In this document: in pieces, positions 32,201 through 44,200 of the stretch | How positions within the stretch are numbered: the stretch's first letter is position 1 | How the letters are laid out: every line of letters starts with the position of its first letter | From: Fimbriosthenelais zetlandica | Lineage: Eukaryota | Assembly: GCA_977030845.1 (NCBI GenBank) | Contig: OZ365115.1 | Location: forward strand, 7,564,001-7,628,000 | Length of the DNA stretch: 64,000 nucleotides | Reading direction: 5' to 3' | Position numbers and translations under genes: made by a program | Notes under the pieces: generated by a model | The model's input: only the letters and a program-made list of their open reading frames with translations | Told to the model about the DNA's origin: nothing | Databases searched by the model: none

Positions 32201-35200
32201 AAAAATTCAATAAAGAAACATAAAGATTAACAAGAACCATGTTCACCATTTTCAGATCTTCTGAGCTTTAGTTGTAGGCCTGAGCTGGTCTGTCATATCA
32301 TATATGAAATGAGAATAGCAAGGATGAATTATTTGTTTATAAGACATCATTTTCATATGTTCTGAGCGGTATACTTTAGATGCCTCATGAAATGAATTGC
32401 AAGACAGATCTGTTTCTTTGGGCGATATTTTAATAAGTACTGTTATCTTGTGTGGAAGCAGGGGCTCATAATAAGCAGCTCCTTCTCAGACTCTCGGTTG
32501 ACAGATCCAATTGGACTTTTTACATCTCATGCCTGATTTCCTGCGAGAGATTTTACTCGCGTTTTTAAAGGGAGACAAAGCAAAGTTTTAATAATCCCAT
32601 TATCTTAGAGAGACGTTCAATACCCGACCAAGGAGACAGAGAAGCAAGAGTTTATAAAAGACGTGCCGGCTACAATGAAAGATAGACACTTTTAAAACAC
32701 TGACGTTAATGTGTCAAACGAGACAATTGCATGTCTGCACAGACTCTCACCATCTCTCAAAATGCAATGTGCAATAACCGTCTCGCAAGATCTCTCTGGC
32801 AACTTCAATTCCAACTCAGCTCCTGACAAATCCTTTCCATCACATTGTAAATTGCTGTGAAGTTTTAGCACTTGAAATCTCGAGAGATTTTTGTCAAAAG
32901 TGATCTCAATTTGTCCCTCAAAGTCTCAATTCTGATACTTTCAGGAACGTCAACAACACAGATGAAAATTGTTGAGTGCATTACAGAATATTGTTCCTTT
33001 GAGAGGAGAAGTTTTGAAAACTCTAGCAATTGATAAATGTGTTAACGCTTTCAGGATCCAAATATAATATCCATAGAAAGATCTATAACACGAACTTCTA
33101 CAAATGCTTACAATTTTAGAAGGCATGGGTCATACCCTTACCCTTTCTTTCCACCTCCTAGCAAACAAGTCTGTAAAAGGAGTGGTATATTTGCATTTGT
33201 GTCTGGTGTAGGGAGTTCCAGCCCCAAGGAGGACAAACTAGAGTATAGATTTCTTGTATCGATGTCTTTCATCGTTTTCCCCCCTGAGCACATGCAGTCC
33301 CTGCTCCTCCATACACAAACCAAAAGATGTGCCCAGCCTTAATACTGGGCGCTGATTGCTCTAAACTCCTTACTGAGGGCCACTAGACGGAGGGCTTAAG
33401 TTAATTTACTGAGCAGCATACACCTAGATAGCAGTGGTGCGAGGTCTCAGGAGTAACTATATCTGTAATATACAACAAGGCCAAAGTGAATAAAGGAGAG
33501 CTGGTAGAAGCGTCCAAGAGCTGGATAGACGCAACCGTGAGCTGGTAGAAGCATCCGAGAGCTGGATAGACGCAACCGAGAGCTGGATAGACGCAACCGA
33601 GAGCTGGATAGACGCAACCGAGAGCTGGATAGACGCAACCGAGAGCTGGATAGACGCAACCGAGAGCTTGATAATTATAGAAACAACCAAGGTCTGGATA
33701 GAAGTATCCAAGAGCTTGATAGAAGCATATAAATAAAGCTAGTCCCGCAGACATCCACATATAAAACGAACATGCGAACATGCGAGCGAGGGGACCATAT
33801 ATATAGGCACAAAGAACCATGGATTGAACTTCACGATTAAATTGATCCAGACTGAATAAGGACATTCTAAGGAATCAAAAGCATGACATTTAGATTTTAT
33901 TTCCCTGAGTTCTAGAGTGATATATTGGGATGAGGGAAACTGTATGTGGAGGGAAGGGATGGATGTGGGGGATACATTGTACATGTTTACTGTATAGGGC
34001 GAGGACCGAGCATGTAATAAAGTTAATATTACCACCAGCCCTCCCCATGCAACAAGCTCATTAATACCTCCACTACATACCTCTCTCAGATTCCAAACAA
34101 CCAGTGGCTCAATGCCACAATACCTAAAACAGCTTTAATAGCTTTTTTTGGCAAGCAAGTCACATCCAAGTCTGTAATTAAGGTAGGGTCATTTCTAGCA
34201 GGAGAAATAGACAAAAAGACTTCCTCACGACGAATGATAAGAAAGAAAATTATCTTATCTAAGAGTACAACGTCATGCCAACAGTTGTCATGCCAACGGA
34301 GCATGATGGAGTATTCTTGAGGCGTTATTTTTACCGCTTTTTCTGATGTAGAAGAAGACGAGGACGTGACAAGGCCTAATGTGGGGTTGGATAATATTTC
34401 GCTGAACTGATCTTTGCCGTGGGGCGTGAGAGAATGAGCCTGGACAATTAAGCGCCAATGCGAACAAGGCGGTAACAAAAATAGCCAGAAAATTTATGTC
34501 GTCATCGAGCGAGCTCTGGGCAGAGGATTTGATTCTGTTGCTATTCATCATAGAATCTACCCAGCCGCCGACACCTGGTATTGAGAGTGGAATGAAATCT
34601 AGCATGGAACGGCAAGACGGACGACTGGGCTTATTAGCAGTTACACAAGCAACTGAAGGAATAGATCAAATTGGCTGTCCACGTTGATTGTAGGACTGTT
34701 TTCATTATTCCTCCTGAGCAACTCAATAGCTCAGACTTGTGCTCATAAAAACGGGCGGATATCTGCTCCACAGGCTCTGATTTTCTGCTTATTATTCGAC
34801 CATGAAAAGTTCTGCTGCCACGTAGAATGGGAATGACATGTATCTTCTCTTTCCCCGCATAGGTACATAGAGCTATTTTACCAGAGCAAAAATAACGGAA
34901 AATAACCCAACAGGAGCTGGAATGTCATGGAGGGAATTTGGGATGAAATGAGCCACTCAGGTGAAATTTCTTTAGCAGGGAAATGAACAAATTTATAAAT
35001 ACAAATGTTTATAAGTGATCAAATAGTAAGCATGACAATGTCAATTAACCTATTAGGTTACAAAAACATTTCTGAGACCAATATTTCACCATAGAAACAT
35101 GTAGCCCGATTATAGGTGCAGTGAGTATAAGTATGTGTGAGGTCTTTGGCACTCGGCTTAAAACAAGCCTTTAATATCCACCAGTATAAGACTACAAGGA

Positions 35201-38200
35201 CTTCCCACAGGAGAAGCACTTGCCTTTACTCATGGCGTCTTCTTCTTCAGCCATCAAGGCGCTCAATATTTAAAGCAAGATAGTGTCAAGTGTGAGCGGC
35301 GAGCCGCTGGTGGGACTGCAGCTCTTGCATGTCTAGCTTTTTTGCATGAATTGATAATTAATTCTTCAGTTGCGGCGCCAAGCGGTGTTTTATGGAAGGC
35401 GTGGAGATGTGAGTGACAGTGACTTCCACTGAGGCAGTAACAGGTCTGCTTTGAAGTAAGCTGGGCAGTGGTGGTAGTAGACAGAGAGGCATCAGACATT
35501 CTAATGCTTTAACGTTACCCAGAGCCTTGACTAGGAGAACAGGGCTCTGGTTCAAGCCAATCAATAAGGCAGTCAAATTGATTAACTCCAATGTACACAT
35601 CTTTGGTTTTCCTCACTTGAATTAAGCTGACAATGTCTTAAATGTACCTCTCAGACTCTTTAAGCTTTATGATAAGAAACCTAAGCTGATAAAAAAAGTA
35701 CATGTAAGAATGATTGAAGAGACATCAAGAGACAAGTACAGATCAAGGGTCTCCTCAAATATAGCCTGATGATCAGAAGATCCAAATTTCCTGATCTGTT
35801 TTTTTTTTTAAATTAAAATGAGTAAATTCAATTTCCAGATGAATTTATTTCTATAGTGGAAAAGGCCCTTGAATCGCTTATCATATATTTGTAGAATTGT
35901 TTTACTTACTTTCACCGTCGGAGTTACAGAGGAGGTGGTGTTTGCGGCCCTTCTTGGTATCATCTTCCAGATCTTGTTCATGCCTCATCCACGTAGAGAT
36001 GGTGAAGTGAGCATCAAGCGTCTGGTTGATCTTGGAGCTGGGAATGTCGATGGCATTGGTGGCTCCATCAAAGGCAAAGATCTGGTCTTGTTCCTGACCG
36101 TCGTCGGTGGGCAGTTCCTTGGTCCATGAGGACAGTGTTGGGGAGGGAAGGAGGTCCACGGATCCGGGAGCTGCACCTGTTAGCAAATACAAGAGGTCCA
36201 AAAATATAGGCAACATTCTGTATATATCATGTATGAGATTAGTAATTAGGAATAAAATAACTAACAGTAATAGGTAGCTTATACATGATAATGCCTTCAA
36301 GCTTGATAGTCATAATACGGGAAAACAACCTTATATTCATGTAGATTGTATACAATGTACATCCTTAATTACAGTTGTGAATTCTCGAAAAAGCTAAACT
36401 TGTTTCCTAGCTGGAAATATTTTTGTCCACAGTTCTTGGAAGAAGACTGCCTAATCTGAAGGAGCCAGGATTGGCTGCCTAAGTACTACCTAACTGACCC
36501 CTCATTACTAGCCCACCTGCCTACTTCATTTATAACTCCTGAAGAGAGTTTAATGCAGCCTGCCCTTTATAAAAACATATATCCCTCCAATTTATACCAT
36601 TTAGGTCTTGAACAATAAACTGGCCAATATTGTTTGGGAGGATGAGGGAGGGAGGATGAGCGGACTGGGGTTTATATGTTATTTGTGAGATATGTAGTGA
36701 GGTTGGGATGGCCATGTCCTATCACTGATCCTGTCTGTCACTTGGTCTTCTTTACCTTCCAGATCATAGTAACATTAAGCCCATACGCCCAGTGCCTTTA
36801 TATGTGTCAATACATTAGCAAAACCCTCCGACATTATCATTTGCGTGTGCTTATCTTCCAAGCCTTAAAATTTATCTTTAATGAATAACAACATTAAGCA
36901 GGCTGATGGGATTGGGTGGATGTGAGAATGTAGAAGTATTATTAATAGTTTGTCAGCACTTACCGCAGATTTTGCGCTGGCTCTGGATGGAGTAGGTGTC
37001 GCGGTCGCAGCCCTTACCGATGTGGTCGGTGGTGAGGTGGATCCTCGTCGACACCTGGGACTCCATACATTTAGGATCACACGTTTCCAGAGTGGCTGAA
37101 GGTCCCAAAAGCATCTGCTGACTGCCGGGAGTGTACTCAATACGCTCAGCAATTCCTGAAAAACATCCAATATAGTCACCGTTAATGTATGTGATTTTAA
37201 CCAATTATAAAGACAAATTTATCTAGGTTGGCACATGTAAAAGGCAATATTTTTATAGTTAGTTCTCCATCTTTCAAATCTGTAAAAAATACAAATGATG
37301 TGATTAGATCCTCTATTATAAAATCTAAAACCTGAAATTTTGGATCAATGTAACTCCATGTATACGAGTACGATGATACCAAATCGATTCTCTATTAAAT
37401 TTTGTCAGCATTCATCTCATTTGTTGAAGGGAGGTTTACATTTGACCCAAGAGTTACACATCGTAAATGACCACACAGGACGAGAATGACTCATATTATG
37501 AATTGCCATAGGCGTCTATAGACCTACATGAGACCACATCTTCTCTGACAGTGTCAGTGTGAACACTACTGGCAATCAGTTCGTGAGAGTCTGAGAAGAA
37601 GAATGAGAGTCTGGCGCCGAGCTCCTGCTAGGTAAACCAATAATGGTGCTCCAGCGCCGTAGATCCCTCTATTGTTATGGGTGATCCCATCTTACCGGAG
37701 ACAATGGTCATCACCTTTGTCCTGTATAACCTTCAACGACCTCTACCTCTCACATTAAATACTTATATATCACCTGCTGCGTTGCCTTTGAATAGGTTAT
37801 AAGAGTTCAGACTAGACCCTAGACCAAGGCTCCAGCTTCTTTCTTTTCAATTTGGCTTACAGGGAGCTCCAATTGGCGACAAAAAAATGGCTCCTGCACT
37901 TTTAGGTCAAGCTGGAGCCCTGCTAGACTAGGTGTGACAAGGGATGGCATTATAGATTGCACCACATGTACAAGACTTTTTGTATAGAATTCGAATTGTT
38001 AAAACACCTCAAATGTTCATCCTATCTCAGAGCAGTTTGCCCTCCACTCGTTTAGAAACTGTCAGATTAGTTCTGGCTCGGGTGGATGCAAATAAGTGAT
38101 GCCGCAGCACTTTAGCAGCAGAAATCTGTGTATGTACATGTATATGGATTAGTATGCTCACATTGATTATCCATAATTATGTAATCTAATACAGATAATG

Positions 38201-41200
38201 TATAATTCTTGTCAGTGAGGGCCTATACATATGGCAACATTATACACACTAGTCGTGTAATGGAGAGCCCGGCTGGGTCCGGCCTGTTGCATGAGAAATC
38301 AATTCTTCATATCCTTTGAAGTCTTAATCTACCTGACTTGTAAGCAAACATGTTCTACTGGTGGCTGGCAATCGATACTGAATTCAGAATTGAATTTCCA
38401 ATGACACGAGTGGGAGAAAAGTAGCACGCTATGAGGGGAGTTGGAGGTGGTCCTATATCAATGTCACACAATACACGTGCACATTGCCCATACATTGCCT
38501 ACACATATCCCCGGCCTCCAGGTAATGAAATCTTTTTCACTGGCTCCAAATGGCTGAACAAGCATCAGTCCTCATTAGTTAGACACACAACAAGACCTAG
38601 GAGCAGGAGACTAACTTCATGTTTCGTCCAACAAGCAGATATTTTCAACACGGATTTCCTCATTACAAATTTAAGGTCAGGTTATTTTCCAGTGGTGATC
38701 ATCGGCATAGGTCTTTATGTAAGGGGGAGTAAAGATATATGAATGTCAGTCAATGGGAAATGGGCTCATGTACTAAAGTAAGTGATTGAAATAAATCCCA
38801 TTAAATTATTCACAAATGATCAGAATTCTCTTCCTTCATGATAAATATAGGTGTAAATCCAATCCATTTTTGATTGATGGATAAAACAGCTTAGTGAATT
38901 TTAATCCCAACTACCAGCTAGATGTCTGCATGGCACCACAACACGCTGTATAGATCTATAGGTTATTGGTAGGCGACATACTGGAGGGATATAGGTAGAG
39001 GTGGTGGAGGAGGGCCTAGTCTATTGCATCATTGCCTCATCGATCATTCAATGGCCAGGCCAATTTCCCAGGCTATTTGTTAAGTTCCCCGCTTAATATC
39101 TAGGCCTTTGTTGGGGTTTCTCTAAGGGGGTGGGATTAGGTGGGGTAGGGGGGTGGGGGGTGGGGGGGGTTGCTACACAAGTGAGAAAGGGGATGGAGGT
39201 GGGAATTAGGATACACCTGTAAGGGGTGGTCTAAAAGGGGTGGGGTGTGTGTGGGGGGGGGGGGGGGGGGGAGTGGGGTGGTGGTTTTTATACATCTCCC
39301 TGGGTGTTGGGGATTGTGAACCACTTTCAATAACTCAGTTAGTGGTGGTCATGTGACAAGTTGTTTATGGAAACATTTTCCAGTCTCTGTTATTTACATT
39401 GGCATGAATTATTTATTGTTCGATACTTGGAATGAAAAAAATAAATTGTCAAATTCAGTTACGCATTTTCACTGGAAACAGCGAAGCCCCCGGACCCCTG
39501 CACCCACCCCCACACATCGACACTTGCCCTACACGTCCTATTTACATCATCTATATGTACATGTACCCTGCAGTCTTCGGTTACCATGGGAACAATATTA
39601 CATTTATAAAACACTAAGTAGACTACTCTTGTGAATCTGGTGGTATTACGTTACAACAATCCATTACACTGATAATGGATACGTGAATTACATGATATTC
39701 TTAATCAATATCTCAGCAAGGGCATTCACTTTCCTAATTCGATACAAAAAAGCCCAATTTGATCTTATCAAGGCAAATAATCCACCCTGTTTATGCCTTG
39801 ACCTTCCCCGCAAAGTCAATGAATTGGACCAGTGATGGGCAACCTTTTAACGGATAACCAACGCTGGGAAAAGCCGTACAGATCTTCATGATCATCTCCC
39901 AAATTGGAAAATCAAAATATGGAAATGAAGTTGTTTTTCATTCTTGAGGTATACAATACGACTTCTCAGACTGCACACTAAAACATCAAGACAAGAAAAG
40001 GTCTCCTTCCTAATTAGTACATGTAATGAGAAAAAATCCCATGTATATTTCTAAGATATGATTGAGCGGATGGTTTATCTGCAGTGAAGGATGGATGACT
40101 GTTAAGGGGAGCCTATTCTCCCTCATGTAATAAGAGCCTTGTTATAGGAACCATCTATCCTCAACCTTCTGTTACCGATCAGCCAGACAAATCATATTAC
40201 TATTATCTCCCATCAGTGAGAGGCAAGAGGCGACATGTGACACCCCTTACATAAACACAATACATACTCCACTAATACTAAGCATTGGTTTTAAGTTATT
40301 TTTTGTGAATTGTTCTGCAAAAGCTCGGATCAGTTTAAATCCATTTCTGTCTTTTTCTCAGGAGGGTATCTGTCAACTGGAGTCCAAGTTTCAATGAAAC
40401 AAAAATACGTCGTGAAGAAAAAAAGTGTCAAAGGGGAGGAAGCGATTAAAAATGGTGTCCCAGATGAGGAGAAATATTGACGATTATTTTTAATGTTCTC
40501 AATGATTAATGGATTTGAAGAGGAGGGGGCAGAAAGTGAAAGAAGGCTTTTTCTCTCTGGTCTTTCCGCTTTTTGTGGCGTTATTTTGGCTGGGAATCAG
40601 AGGAGCAGAACGCTGTGATGGTAAGGAGGGCACTTCAAAGGGAGCAAGATGGCTGCCGCCTCCACACGACAAGAAAATCTGCTCAGCCAGCTGAAAATAA
40701 CGAAGGACGCAAAAAATCGACAGCAATTGTAAACTGATTGGGGAAACGTGTAACAAGCATAGCCATGTAGTCAATGGGTGGTCGTGGTGGTAACAGCCAT
40801 GATGGCACAGGCACTAATAGGACAAATTTACATGACCGCTTGTCCCTCCAACCCACTTCTCCTACTCTGCTCTTTGCTGAAGACAAATAGCGTTTCCCTG
40901 GAGGGAAAGCTTTAGAATAGGTGTAAAATGATGGGTGGAAGATGCCCTAAAAGCGCTCGATCTGCCAATCTCTGAATCCAGAACCAACTTAGCCTGGAAT
41001 TCAATAGATCTCGTCCCCCATCACCGCGCGCCGTTCCACAAAACTGACAAAAATGGCCTTTTGGGCGAGGCGGGGTGGAAATGGTCTTAAGGTGCTGCTT
41101 GCTCCTGTAGGATTTTCAACAGCCTTGATGCTGTCTCCACATCATCTCTCTCTGTCTTGCCCAGCTTATTTTTCATTGATCCTTGGTCCAAAATGGAATA

Positions 41201-44200
41201 TTGGCTTTGGGGGAAATTAATTGAGAAGGCGAGATTTTCATTTGGATAATTATTTCAGTTTTCAGAAGGAAATTTCCTTTAGTGGAGATAATTTTCCATC
41301 TGTCCACGACAACCGTATTTTCAGTACCAATATTCCATTTCAATTTACACTTTAATGCAAAGACACAATTTTGAATTGATTTGAAAAATATTAACTGAGA
41401 TTGGCAAATATTTTCTTACCTCTCTGCCCATAAAGCATGAGAGTAGAAGTGTTTTCCCTTCCATCAAGCTCTTCGCTCTCATGCACTCAATGAGTGAACA
41501 TCTTTCCCCCCTACCCCCCGGGCCCACCCCCCTCCCCCCCCCCATCCGTGTTGAAAACCTTGGTACAAGAAACAAGGGGGCTTAACCACGCACCAAGGCA
41601 GACGCATCAGAAAAATATCCAAAAATATCCAAAATACAAAACAACATGGCAGTTCCAGGGCACCTTTGATTTTGAGATGAAAGAAGTTGAGTGATAGATT
41701 TTTGGTTAAAAATAGGTTGTTGAGGTTCAACCTTGACGTGAACTGATGGTCAGCGGGTATTAAAGTTATGTCCAGGGGTCGCAGGTGTGTGGCAACATAT
41801 ATATATAGCTTGAGCACGCCCTCCCCTTTCTACATGTACCAGCACTATACCACTCTCTGCCTCCCCAAGCCTTGTAGATATACATACTTCATGACATATT
41901 CTCTTCAAATTGGCACCATAAGGCAGGAAGACCAGGCAATGTCTGAACATGTGGCGACGCAGACTATAGACGGGCTGGGAGGGAGGTTTCTCCAGGGTCA
42001 AAGTCAAGGCTAAGGGTCTGTAGGGTGGTGTGAGGAGGTTAGAATCCAGCAAGATAAAGAAAAGCTTTGCTGCTTCTTTTTATATTCACTCGGAGGTGAC
42101 CCTGGTTCTGTCTTTCCTCCGCATTAATACCTAAATCATTTTATATCCTTAAAGTTTCAAGTTCAATACTTCTGAGACCAACATCTCTGCAACTTAAATA
42201 AACATTAGATATATAGGAAAAGAAGGTGAACTTTTTTCAGGGAATTCCTTTTTTGCTATCAAATAAATCTGGGCAAGTTTGGTCAATGTAATGATCATTG
42301 AACATTTCCCCCCCACTGATTAATCAGGGAGTATCAGGTGTCCGCATCCATTCTTAAGTCTTCACTAACACACCCTGGCTTCTGGTTCTAATTGGAGGGA
42401 GCAAGGTGGAATGACTAATTTCAGGAGTCACAGGAGGCCCCTGTACAGACGCCAGTAGAGTAACGAATGCTAAAAGGATAAGAAAACTTTCAACGAGGAC
42501 ATACCTAGAGTTACTGAGCGAGATTACAAGTCTGAGAGAGGCAAGTAAGGAGAGACCAGCAGACAAATGTCACTGTCCTTTCTTCGTATTGCTGCCTATA
42601 TATCTTTTTTCTCCTTTCTTGCTCGGCTCTATCGTATATTCTGAAGACTAGAGACAGACCTGCTATAAATACAAGCAGGCTGTACTTAACTCCAAACCAT
42701 ATCAGGAATTTACTCATACATGTAGTCTAAAGCTTAAGCTTGCTTGCTCATGCCCTTTGCCTTCTCATTTTGAAAGACAAAAATGCAGTAAGAGAAAGAA
42801 AAGAGAGGGAATTGGAGGGATAATTCCAGAGCCTACTGAGAAAAGCAGATTCTGTCTTCCCATGGGACTTCCATCTGTCATCCTATTCACGCTTTTAACA
42901 GTAGCTGTCAATTTTCACAGAGAAGCAAACAATTCAGGGAAGCAGAACATTCCTTGTCCGCTGGATTCCTATGATGATTTATCGGCACAAAATACTGCAG
43001 TGAAGTACTAAAAATTATGCGTCCATTCTCCAGCACCATTTCTCTTACGTTTGCACACGATGCAGGAACGTCACAATATTGTTTTTACACACAAGACATG
43101 CTTAAAACAACCAAGGTTTTTCAATTCATACACGTATCCTTGAGTTTTTTCTTGTACATATCCAAATTTACTAGAGAGTCGGCACTGAATATGAATTTAT
43201 TTATTCATTTTTTAAAATACTTTTTTTCGTCGCTGGAAAGAAATATGAGTAGAAAATATTGCTACATTTTGAGTATGTTTGGAGGTAAGCATAAAGTATG
43301 TGATATAGACGATACATCAAAGCCAGGACCTCCATTTTACTGATCGTCACACAACATGCAATGGAATCATCCGCCAATATGGAAGTCTCGCCCCCTCTGC
43401 CCTGCCTTCAGCCGGTCATAAAGGTTTAACCCTTTCTTGCCCTGTGCACGAGCCACTTGCGTGCAGGGAGAGTTATGTTTCGTGAGCCTTATACTCCCTG
43501 CCACCTTCTGTTTAGAGTAGATCTCCATAGGTTCAATAGCAACAGCCTTTGAAGTGCTGCAGCGAGCGCAGGTTGGCATGTAATATAGCCAGCCAAGATG
43601 GCTGTCCAAGTACGCACTAGCTTCAGCTTGGCTTTTTCCAGCCTCAGTATTTCATTTATTACGACAAGGGGATTCGGAAGGATGCAGCATCTATAGAGTT
43701 CTATACTTGGAGGTTCAATACTACTTAGTGGCAACAAGAATGCTTTCTCCGAAATAACTAGGAAAGAAATAAAGTAATCTCAGGAACAAGGAAGAAGAAA
43801 GTAGAGCTATGGCTTCTCATATGTATTTTTCATCCAATTTTCAGCCAAGGTTAATCAATAATGAGAAATCTGTTGATACATTTAAGTGAACAGCAGCATA
43901 GGAGGGCTTGAATATTAAACTGTATGACAGGTGGAAAATATGTATGATGTTCCCTCTGAGCCTACAGTCAGTCGTGCCTATAATATCCGTCTATTCCCCT
44001 GATCAAATCATCTCAACACTCATATTTTTAAGTGCACGCAACATTTCTCATTTGACTTAAAACACCGAGTAAGCAATATGTTATTAGAAATCGACTCTTT
44101 TCTAGATGCAGCAGACATAATGTCTGGCTTTTAAAAAAAAGCAATGCAATATGAACTGAAGTGGCTATGCGCAGTGCATCATCGCTGCCTGTTCCTCTCA

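Noticed and set aside
33401-33865. Repetitive ORFs (CVYPALG)n, (RLRLSSS)n and (IQLSVAS)n
   Set aside because: Three frames of one 21-bp minisatellite.
2714-36129. ORFs such as 2714-3025, 6428-6700, 14654-14842, 17857-18096 and 35869-36129
   Set aside because: Antisense shadows of real exons.
37197-37382. ORF ending ...[27 protein letters not shown] behind a good acceptor
   Set aside because: Using it would need a weak donor and a 46-nt intron; read-through hits a stop and is out of frame with the next exon.
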